From Monocercomonoides exilis PA203 (Eukaryota > Protista > Preaxostyla), in contig LSRY02000050.1 of assembly GCA_001643675.2 (NCBI GenBank), positions 594,553 through 658,552 on the forward strand: a stretch of DNA of 64,000 bases. The letters are read 5' to 3'. The first letter of the stretch is position 1; each line of letters starts with the position of its first letter. The notes below the pieces were generated by a model. That model had not been told where the DNA came from. It ran no database searches and was given only the letters and a program-made list of their open reading frames with translations. The translations under genes were made by a program, and so were the position numbers. Of the stretch, positions 53,167 through 64,000 are shown piece after piece.

Positions 53167-54390
53167 CTTTCTTTTGAAGTGACTTTCTATCTTTCTACAT
53201 ACTCTAGGAAATTCTTCAAACAAGTATCATTTTGATATCCTTTCTATAAATCTTCAATTATTTTTTATTCTATTTCATTTTGTCTCAGCAATTTATGCGA
53301 TTCATTTCATAGGTTTAGATTAGGGTTATATCTTTGTTGATTATATTTATGGGATCCGACAAAAGCCTAACCTAGTTTATTATAATTTTCATTTTCAATT
53401 TTGACAAAAAATATTGAACTATTTGAATATTGTTTGATGTTTTAATGATATATATTTCCTTTGAAATTTGATTTTGATTGGAAAGAATATGAAAATCTAT
53501 TTCTAATTATCGAATCTTGACGAATTAGCAACAAAACGCACAAAAAAATTGTTGGATTAGTGAAAATGGATTAATGGAATATATATATGAAATTAATAAA
53601 ATTGTCAATGAAATTGCTCGTTTTTCATTTTCATTGATTCAAACAATATCTTTTTTTGATCGCTTTTCGAATCCAAAAAAAGGTCTTAATTTTCGATTGG
53701 AAGTTTTGAGATAATAATAAAAACATAATTGCAATTGTATTTTCATTTTTCAACTGTTTTATGTATTTATCTTTTTGGAAAATCTGATGATCAAAATGAA
53801 ATATTTATTTAGAATAAATCAATATATTTCATTAAACATTTTAACCAACTGAGCTTCTGCACACTTTAAACATAAAACATACTGCATTATTGGGAAGTGT
53901 TCATTGGCTAACCACATGATTAAAGTACCAAACCGTTTTGTATGAAGTAATTTTTGATTTCATTCAAACTTATGTGTTTTTCACATCAATTCCAAATAAT
54001 GAACAAACATTTATATCTATCCGTTAAGTAACAAAGGAATACATTCCAATTTCATTCAGTTTTTTATCTGGATGAGTTGTGAATCCAAAAAGGAAACAAA
54101 TTGAAACTTTCAAATTTTTGAGAGCTGAAATATGTGGTTTTTCATTCAAACAATTTTAAATGATTCTAAAAAATATCAGAAAGGTGAATTTCTTTTCATA
54201 AAACGTCAAAGGAATATATTGTTTTTCGTAAATAACAAACGAGAAGTTATATAATTGGATCAAAACTTCTTGATTTAAAGAAATAATAACTTCGTTAATC
54301 AAAACTGAAATGCAAAGTTATAGAGCATTCCGAGATTCTTAGTATGCACTTTATTGATTAATTTATTCATTTTTCATTTTTTGCTTCTTT

Positions 54391-57300
54391 ATGTTGCAGT
54401 TTTCCTGGAGTCAAAGTGGGAAGTTCGTAATTTCTTCTTTAAAATTGTTATTCATAATTTATTTATTTCTTCTTATTGATACAGAAAAAATATCAAAAAT
54501 TCGAAGTTGCAGTGGCGAAGAACAATCTGACAGTGACGAAAGTGAAGAAAGCGAAGAAAATGACAGCAATGTGAATGAAGCAATTCTTTCTCCATCAGAA
54601 CCCGGATTTTTTTCTCCTCCTTCCTCGACTAAACTCACAGTCACTCATTCACCAATTATCACCCCTCCTCATTCTCCTTCTTCCTCTCTTTCGATTCCCT
54701 GTCCAAGTTCTCCTCTTCGTATTTCTTCGGTTGAACAGGAATATGAAGATGTCACAGCGACTCCGATGCTGTATTGTCCTCGTCTTCTTTATTCTGTTCC
54801 TACGAAGAGCAGTGCTGCCACTCCTTCAAAAGAAATCGAAAAAAAACCATATTCCAATTCAATATCTGCGTGGTTGATGAAGTTTGTGGAAGATGATGAG
54901 ATCCCAGTTGCTGATGATTTTTCCACACTTCAAAAAAATTTAGCTCCTCAACCCTCATTAGATCATCTTCGAGAATTTGCTCATCATTCACCATATCCTC
55001 GACCTTTATATGCATCTGGAAAAGAGAATCTTGATGAAAATTGCATCAACCATTTGGATTCAAATGAAAACAAACCATTAACAAAAAAGAAAAGGAAAAA
55101 AGCTCAATCAGCCTCTTCTGCTTCTGCTTCTTCTTCTTCTTCTTCTTCGTCTTCCACTTCATCAACTTCCTCGAAGCAAATATCATCTTCAACAGAATCT
55201 TCAAACGACCCAATGCAAACTTCAACAAAATCCAAATTTAAAGATTCGAGAAAATGCAAAAAGAGAATGAAATACACAAGCAGAGTTCAATTCAAAAACG
55301 ATACAAAATCAAGTTCACAATATCATTCTCAAGCATGCATTAGGAGTTCAACAGATTGTTCAACAATTAGTTTATCTTGTCACAAGATGACAAATAAGAA
55401 AACAATGGAAATGGAGCGAACAATAAAGGAAAAAGAAAACAAAAAAAGTGATTATGCTGAAAAAGAAGACCTGAGAGATGATCAAAATGAAAAATCCAAC
55501 CAAAGCAGTTGCAGATACTATCATCAAAGAAAATCGAAAACGGAATTCATGATAAACCTTCCATCAATTTTGGATTCATGGATTGATGATTCAGTTTTAT
55601 CCGAGGATGAAAAGGATTTATTTATGCCAGAAAGTGGACAAAACAACTTTCAAGGAGAAGATTCTTCATCACAATCATTCTGTGCATCAGAAGATGAAGA
55701 CAAAGAAAAAGAATTATTTAAACAAGAAAGCTCAGAATCAACTGAAACAGAAAAGGATTTTCAGCATTCATTATGCCATCCATTGAAAAAGAAACGAAAA
55801 ACAATCATCGAGAATGATCCGTCACAAATGCAAAAGTCAAAAAGCAGGAAAGTGTCAGTTCTTGTGAATGAAAGCAATATTTCTATTATTAAAGAAAAAC
55901 TTGAATCATTGGAAAACGATGAAAATACGATTAATGATTCCATTTCTTTTGAACAAGAAAATGCACATGCATTAGATTTGAAAGATATTTACGGAAAAAT
56001 CAACACCTCCACACTTGAGCCTCTTCCTGACGATTCAAATTCAACAACACCAATGATTACAACACCAAGATACGCATATGATACCCCCACAAAATTTGAA
56101 ACAGTTTTGAGATCACATTCAAAAGAGGAATTACAACAATACACAGAAAAAGGATTGCCTTATTGTGATGAAACTGTTAAAACTCACAAATGGGTTTATG
56201 GGATGTTTCTTGATTACTGCAAAGCAGCTAAAAAAGAACCGTTTCCTTTGAAGGCAAAACCAGTATATGGTTTTGTAAAATTACTTGGAATAGCAGTTGG
56301 TTATTCAATCGGAACAATAACGCATGGAATCAAATCATCTTTATACAATATTTCCGAAACAAGAACAGGAAAACCTGTTAAAGATAAGGTTAAAGCAAAA
56401 TTCCATAGAGCAATACTGGAAATCAAAGCTTGGTACAGGAAAAGGAAAATGAAAGGATTTCCATTACCAAAAATGAGGAAGGAGAATGAGAAGAAGTGGA
56501 AAAAACAGCCCCTCATCGTCACAGATTTGCAACGTATTTTGGAATGTTATCCCGACTGGATAGTTGAGAAGCCCCAAGAAGCTTCCCTGTTTTTATTCGC
56601 TTAATCAACAGGAGCTCGGGCACATACTTGTGCTCATGTAAGATTGAAGGATATCATCCGAGTTTACTCTCCTCCAAACTCAAATTTTATCAAAGTGACG
56701 TTTAATCTCGAGTGTGGGAAAGGGTGGAATGGTGACAATCACTGTGTCACAGTGGAAGGAGCAATTAATGAAAAACATCAACTCAACGTAATATGGTGGC
56801 TGGAGCAGTATTTGGTGGAGGAGTTTGGACTCTCTCTCACCAATTTTGACAAATGGGAGCTTAAGGAGTTGGAGGAGCAATTTATTTGGCAGCTTAGAAA
56901 GGGAGCAATGAGAGTACGACTGAAAAAAAGAGCCGTCCAAGCAGGTTATCCAGATAACCTGTTCGGATTTCATTCCTTCAGATCAGGCTTTATTTGCTCA
57001 GCTTTGCTGAAAGCAGGGGAAAACCAGGAAAAGAGGAAACAGGCGCTGGAGGCAACAGCTTTTGTAGGTAATTGGATTTTAATATCAAAATCTCAGTGGG
57101 AATATGTGAAAGAGACTGAGAAGGCTGTAATTATTGGTAATAGGCTTGGATTTCCAGATGAAACTGTAGAGGATGATGTATATTACGATATGGCACTTAC
57201 AAGTCCACAAGTTTATCATAACATCAAATTAAACGAGCCAATATGGAAAAAGGAATCAATTATACTCACATTTGACTTTTTTGTTCTTGAGATTTTGAAA

Positions 57301-58319
57301 GCCACATGCAGTGAGCTATACAGTCCAAACCGGATATAATCACGTCGAATATAATCACATTCGTATATAGTCACAATTTTCCATGCACCGACATTTTTTG
57401 CTTGTTTTTCATTCATTTTTCATCGCATATAATCACAGGGCTGAAAATATATAATCACAATTTTTATCATTATGGGTGGATTTTTCAATGAAAAATCGAT
57501 TTTTTGATCAAAAATTTCAATTTTTCGCTTTTTCAGAAATGTGCTCAAATAATTCAAAATAATATGTATTTACGCAAAAAATTAATTTCGCATGTTAAAA
57601 ATGCGTTTTTATGAAGAATTTTCAAAAATTAAAAATTTGTCCCAAAATTAATTAATAAATAAAATAAAATTTATTTTTTTCTGTGTAAAGCAGCATCGTA
57701 TATTATCACATTCGGATATAGTCACAAAAAGTTGTGCAAAAACCGATGTGATTATATCCGGTTTAGACTGTATTACCCATATAGTTGTGTGATACGATTG
57801 AATCGGTTGGCTGCTTTATCGTATTTGAATAATCATAATGTCAAGTGTGAAAAGGGAAACACATTCATGAAGCAAGCTAGAATCAATATCTTACAGAAAC
57901 TGAAGGAGAATAAAAATGTCGTGGAAGCAGCTCGAAGTTATTTAGCAGGAATACAAGCGTATTTAAATGGAAGAACGAGACTCAAATTTCAAAGACCAAA
58001 AGAAAGAGTTCCACTTAGAGAGAATAGACCAATCAACAAGTTACTTGGAACAAAATCAAGACGCAGATGGACAGCTGAGGAAGATAGGATACTGATGAAA
58101 TCATTTTTAGAGTTCAACGACTTCAAAGCAGCTAGCAAAGCATTGTTTGAAAGAACGGAAAATTCATGCAGAGATCGGATTCGTACTCTAATTAACGATA
58201 AGTCAACTGATTTTTATGAGAGGAAATTGACAAAATATGTGCAATACAAAAAGGATCATCCTCAATTGGGGAATTTCAACTCTTCCAAAAAGAAAGAAAA
58301 AGGAGAAAAGAAGAATTGA
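54391..58319 (+). pseudogene. Disrupted tyrosine recombinase-Myb/SANT fusion gene (Crypton-like)
   Basis: Reading through the TAA at 56602 gives LFLFA*STGARAHTC (box I Arg), then FGFHSFRSGF (HxxR), GNW...WEYVK (Trp/Tyr). Excising the MITE and one TA joins ...CSELY to YPYSCVIR... in frame, leading to RRRWTAEEDRILM...RTENSCRDRIRTL (Myb). 5' end uncertain. Confidence 0.85.
57321..57770. mobile_element. 450-bp non-autonomous Tc1/mariner(pogo)-type MITE
   Basis: 27-bp TIRs (cagtccaaaccggatataatcacgtcg / cgatgtgattatatccggtttagactg, 2 mismatches); TA target-site duplication at 57319-57320 and 57771-57772; repeated internal tat(a/t)(a/g)tcaca-like motifs. Confidence 0.92.
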
Positions 58320-60873
58320 CATTCTTTTCAATTGTTTGGAAGTTCATTTTCCTCAGAGAGTTATCTGTTTGTTAATATTCTCATTTTTATTTTTTCAATT
58401 TCAATCAGTTCGGCAAATCATTAGTCTATTCACACATGCACATTCCTAAAGAATAGGAGGTTGAAATATCAAAAATCTATCCACAAAATGATTTTTTTCA
58501 AAGTTTGATCATTAATGTTAAAAAAAGGAACAGACATATGCCAAAAGAGTTTTATGCTAATTGATTAAAATGCACAGGCATTCAAATAAGTTTTACCGAT
58601 GTGACACAATTATTCTAAGTTAGTTTATAGGATTTTCTGCTTAATAAACTGTTTGTTTCATAGAAAAGAAGTTTCATTCCTTGCAAATTTCTTTCTGAAT
58701 TAATTTGAATTTGTTATTTTGGGGAACAAAATAAATATTGTTTTATCTGATGAATTGAGAGATAAATGAAGTGTTAATATTTGGTTGTCACATTAATATT
58801 CAATATTACAATGCGTTGCTGTTGGAATGCAGTTTCATTCCAGGATCAATGCAATGATGCACTTCAGAGAAAACGAAGAGTGTTGCATTCCTAAAGGATA
58901 ACGAAGAATAACATACACAGCAAGGAAAATAGTAGAAACTCAATTTGAAAAGCTTGGATCGATGAAAAAGTTTGAATATCGAAAACGGGAAAAACGAACT
59001 ATCTATTTAACATTGAAGTTGATGGAATAATTTAATACAAAAGAATATAATAATGAACAAAAAGGTTATTCTTTCATTTTTGAAAGATAGTCATGAAATC
59101 ACTGATATAATTGATGAACAATATATCAACATTACACATGAAATTGGGGAAAGTGTAAAAGTTGAAATAACTGTCGTTCAATGAGTAAAAATTGTTATCA
59201 TTGGTTTTGAGATTGTGAAATTTGGAAATATTCACATCTTAAATTTAATTTTTTATTTATATTCAAGAATGAAAAAAAAATGAAACATTTGGATAAAATA
59301 AAAACACTATCACACTGATGAACAAGAGGATTTGGATTTAAAATCAATTGCATTGCAGTTGAAATGATTGAAAAGCTAAGTTTGATTTGATTCAAACACT
59401 GCAAATGACAAAGAAGATTTCTTGCAGCACTCGAACGAAATGCATTGCACTAACATTATTCAATCGATATGATTGATGTTCATAAAATGGAGGAAAAGGA
59501 ATTCAACATAAAATAAAAAGTGCTGAAATCTTCAGAATGAGACAGCATAATTTCAGAATTTTACAACCTAGTTTGAAAGTCAACACACAATTCAATATAT
59601 TGCAGAGAAATTTAAATTTTATTGCTCTTATTTCAAGCAATAAATGGATTTTCAACAATTCATTTCTTATTCATTATTTAATGGCTTCGATCGTGATCGC
59701 AAACTGATGAAAAAAGATTTTTTTCAAGCATGACCAAAGTTTATCAAGCAGTTACTCTATTATTGGCATAAAATAAATATGTGTGTATCTAGCATTGAGA
59801 AGGTTAGGGTTAAAGGGCGTTGAAATATGCCTGAATTATTCCAGCAAATATTAATAATTGATTATCACAAAATTATCAATCAATTTCTCTATCATGACTT
59901 ATAATATTATTGAATGATTATTTCTATTTATTCAAAAAGAATAATAAAATAAATTTTTTAAAATCTATCATGTACTCGGTTAGGGTTAAGCTTTTCGTTC
60001 GTTTAGTCTAGACGATTTTCATATATATATTAACCTAGACAATACATTCAAAACAAAGGGACAACTTTCATAGAAATAAATATTTTGTTTGAAAATTTCA
60101 CGATGATTGAATCAAAGTGTTTCAGAAATGTAGATTATATTAAGAGTTATTCAACAAAAAAATGTGTGTTGATATTGAAAATTTTTGACTAAAGTAGTTG
60201 GAAAAAAATGTTTGTTTTTTTGTCCAGTCATTTCTGGTCATTTCGAATTTTTTATTTTTTTCAATTTTTTTTCGATTCAGATCCAGTTTTTTGTGGTGAG
60301 ATCGATTGTAATATGGATGATTCATCATTCTATTCACTTTTTATCGAACAATATGGACTTTTCATTTTTCATGAAAATTTTATGAGAAAATTTTCGGTCA
60401 TTTTTTGGATCAAAAAAATTGTATCTCGATGAAAAAATTTTGCGAGACCTGAGACTTTACCAGCGTGTACTACATGTAATTTGTGAATTTTTGAAGTCAG
60501 TGTCAAAAATTCGAAAATTTTGAAAAAATTGATTTTTTTCATTAGCCAAGTCATATGTCAGGTCAATGAGAAAAAAGTTGAAAATATCGATTTTTGTGAA
60601 AATTTTTATTGGAAGATGATATTTCACCAAAAGTTCGGATAATTCGCGAATAGTCAGCTGAATTTTTTTCTCGGGCCAGATTGGTCTGGTTAGTGAGAAA
60701 ATGTGATATGAAGAATTTGACTGAAAAAGTGGTGATCTTAGATCAACGACCGAAAAATATGAGGTCTCAGATTCCTTTGATAATTGGCAGGTGGCAAGGA
60801 CGTGGTCCCCTTATAAACATACTCTAATCTAAATTTTTTCTACCGAGCGGTTGTGGCAGGGCAGTGCGGACAA

Positions 60874-63800
60874 GTTAGGTTAGGGTTAGGGTTCAAACTA
60901 GGTTAGGTTAGGGTTAGGGTTAGGGTTAGGGTTAGGGTTAGGGTTAGGGTTAGGTTAGGGTTAGGTTAGGGTTAGGGTTAGGGTTAGGGTTAGGGTTAGG
61001 GTTAGGGTTAGGGTTAGGGTTAGGGTTAGGGTTAGGGTTAGGGTTAGGGTTAGGGTTAGGGTTAGGGTTAGGGTTAGGGTTAGGTTAGGGTTAGGGTTAG
61101 GGTTAGGGTTAGGGTTAGGTTAGGTTAGGTTAGGGTTAGGTTAGGGTTAGGGTTAGGGTTAGGGTTAGGGTTAGGGTTAGGGTTAGGGTTAGGGTTAGGG
61201 TTAGGTTAGGGTTAGGGTTAGGGTTAGGGTTAGGGTTAGGGTTAGGGTTAGGGTTAGGGTTAGGGTTAGGGTTAGGGTTAGGGTTAGGTTAGGGTTAGGG
61301 TTAGGGTTAGGGTTAGGGTTAGGGTTAGGGTTAGGGTTAGGGTTAGGGTTAGGGTTAGGGTTAGGGTTAGGGTTAGGGTTAGGTTAGGGTTAGGGTTAGG
61401 GTTAGGGTTAGGGTTAGGGTTAGGGTTAGGGTTAGGGTTAGGGTTAGGGTTAGGGTTAGGGTTAGGGTTAGGGTTAGGTTAGGGTTCAAACTAGGTTAGG
61501 GTTCAAACTAGGTTAGGGGTTAGGTTAGGTTAGGGTTAGGGTTAGGGTTAGGGTTAGGGTTAGGGTTAGGGTTAGGGTTAGGGTTAGGGTTAGGGTTAGG
61601 GTTAGGGTTAGGGTTAGGGTTAGGGTTAGGGTTAGGTTAGGGTTAGGGTTAGGGTTAGGGTTAGGTTAGGGTTAGGGTTAGGGTTAGGGTTAGGGTTAGG
61701 GTTAGGGTTAGGGTTAGGGTTAGGGTTAGGGTTAGGGTTAGGGTTAGGGTTAGGGTTAGGGTTAGGGTTAGGGTTAGGGTTAGGGTTAGGGTTAGGGTTC
61801 AAACTAGGTTAGGGTTAGGGTTAGGGTTAGGTTAGGGTTAGGTTAGGGTTAGGTTAGGGTTAGGGTTAGGGTTAGGGTTAGGGTTAGGGTTAGGGTTAGG
61901 GTTAGGGTTAGGGTTAGGGTTAGGGTTAGGGTTAGGGTTAGGGTTAGGGGTTAGGGTTAGGGTTAGGGTTAGGGTTAGGGTTAGGGTTAGGGTTAGGGTT
62001 AGGGGTTAGGGTTAGGGTTAGGGTTAGGGTTAGGGTTAGGGTTAGGGTTAGGGTTAGGGTTAGGGTTAGGGTTAGGGTTAGGGTTAGGGTTAGGGTTAGG
62101 GTTAGGGTTAGGGTTAGGGTTAGGGTTAGGGTTAGGGTTAGGGTTAGGGTTAGGGTTAGGGTTAGGGTTAGGGTTAGGGTTAGGGTTAGGGTTAGGGTTA
62201 GGGTTAGGGTTAGGGTTAGGGTTAGGGTTAGGTTAGGGTTAGGGTTAGGGTTAGGTTAGGGTTAGGGTTAGGGTTAGGGTTAGGGTTAGGGTTAGGGTTA
62301 GGGTTAGGGTTAGGGTTAGGGTTAGGGTTAGGGTTAGGGTTAGGGTTAGGTTAGGGTTAGGGTTAGGGTTAGGGTTAGGGTTAGGGTTAGGGTTAGGGTT
62401 AGGGTTAGGGTTAGGGTTAGGGTTAGGGTTAGGGTTAGGGGTTAGGGTTAGGGTTAGGGTTCAAACTAGGTTAGGGTTAGGGTTAGGGTTAGGGTTAGGG
62501 TTAGGGTTAGGGTTAGGGTTAGGTTAGGGTTAGGTTAGGGTTAGGGTTAGGGTTAGGGTTAGGGTTAGGGTTAGGGTTAGGGTTAGGGTTAGGGTTAGGG
62601 TTAGGGTTAGGGTTAGGGTTAGGGTTAGGGTTAGGGTTAGGGTTAGGGGTTAGGGTTAGGGTTAGGGTTAGGGTTAGGGTTAGGGTTAGGGTTAGGGTTA
62701 GGGTTAGGGTTAGGGTTAGGTTAGGGTTAGGGTTAGGGTTAGGGTTAGGGTTAGGGTTAGGGTTAGGGTTAGGGTTAGGGTTAGGGTTAGGGTTAGGGTT
62801 AGGGTTAGGGTTAGGGTTAGGGTTAGGGTTAGGGTTAGGGTTAGGGTTAGGGTTAGGGTTAGGGTTAGGGTTAGGTTAGGGTTAGGGTTAGGGTTAGGGT
62901 TAGGGTTAGGGTTAGGGTTAGGGTTAGGGTTAGGGGTTAGGGTTAGGGTTAGGGTTAGGGTTAGGGTTAGGGGTTAGGGTTAGGTTAGGGTTAGGGTTAG
63001 GGTTAGGGTTAGGGTTAGGGTTAGGGGTTAGGGTTAGGGTTAGGGTTAGGGTTAGGGTTAGGGTTAGGGTTAGGGGTTAGGGTTAGGGTTAGGGTTAGGG
63101 TTAGGGGTTAGGGTTAGGGTTAGGGTTAGGGTTAGGGTTAGGGTTAGGGTTAGGGTTAGGGTTAGGGTTAGGGTTAGGGTTAGGGTTAGGGTTAGGGTTA
63201 GGGTTAGGGTTAGGGTTAGGGTTAGGGTTAGGGTTAGGGTTAGGGTTAGGGTTAGGGTTAGGGTTAGGGTTAGGGTTAGGGTTCAGGTTAGGTTAGGGTT
63301 AGGGTTAGGGTTAGGGTTAGGGTTAGGGTTAGGGTTAGGGTTAGGGGTTAGGGTTAGGGTTAGGGTTAGGGTTAGGGTTAGGGTTAGGGTTAGGGTTAGG
63401 GTTTAGCTTTAGGGTTAGGGTTAGGGTCAGGGTCTTAGGGTTAGGTTAGGGTTAGGGTTAGGGTTAGGGTTAGGGTTAGGGTTAGGGTTAGGGTTAGGGT
63501 TAGGGTTAGGGTTAGGGTTAGGGGTTAGGGTTAGGTTAGGGTTAGGGTTAGGGTTAGGGTTAGGGTTAGGGTTAGGGTTAGGGTTAGGGTTAGGGTTAGG
63601 GTTAGGGTTAGGGTTAGGGTTAGGGTTAGGGTTAGGGTTAGGGTTAGGGTTAGGTTAGGGTTAGGGTTAGGGTTAGGGTTAGGGTTAGGGTTAGGGTTAG
63701 GTTAGGGTTAGGGTTAGGGTTAGGGTTAGGTTAGGGTTAGGGTTAGGGTTAGGGTTAGGGTTAGGGTGCAGGTTAGGGTTAGGGTTAGGGTTAGGGTTAG

Positions 63801-64000
63801 GTTAGGGTTAGGTTAGGGTTAGGTTAGGGTTAGGGTTAGGGTTAGGGTTAGGGTTAGGGTTGGGGATTGGGATTAGGTTAGGTTAGGGTTAGGAGTTAGG
63901 GTTAGGAGTTGGTTAGGAGTTAGGTTAGGTTAGGGTTAGGTTAGGGTTAGGGTTAGGGTTAGGGTTAGAGGGTTAGGGTTAGGGTTAGGTTAGGTTAGAA
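60874..64000 (+). repeat. Telomeric (TTAGGG)n array with TTAGG, TTAGGGG and TTCAAACTAGG variants
   Basis: About 3.1 kb of TTAGGG with the G-rich strand running 5'->3' to the window end. Confidence 0.98.

Noticed and set aside
59560-59600. Telomerase RNA template locus
   Set aside because: aacctagtttgaa is not followed by ccctaa, so it cannot template TTAGGG
63280-64000. Further telomere variants (ttcagg, gtgcagg, ttagctt, ggagtt, gggatt)
   Set aside because: Mostly singletons concentrated at the contig end; most simply explained as low-coverage consensus errors

Overview
This is the right-hand end of a chromosome from an AT-rich eukaryote with short GT-AG introns. Gene style and families resemble an oxymonad such as Monocercomonoides, which is my inference and is not verified. 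From left to right the window holds: a 6-exon Cys-rich gene with microsatellite-filled introns; RPB9; a structurally complete DIRS-type tyrosine-recombinase retrotransposon with ITRs and an ICR; two paralogues of a 3-exon helical family; several large pseudogenes; a Harbinger/ISL2EU-like fragment; a Sola-like transposase with a 93-bp tandem array; a type I surface protein with three large internal repeats; and a probably myristoylated protein of about 53 30-aa repeats. The last gene before the telomere is a cryptic tyrosine recombinase fused to a C-terminal Myb domain. It is hidden by one nonsense codon and a 450-bp TA-flanked MITE, and it is bracketed by telomere-like motifs. The window ends in about 3.1 kb of (TTAGGG)n carrying five exact copies of a non-canonical unit, TTCAAACTAGG, whose reverse complement also occurs on both sides of the YR-Myb gene.
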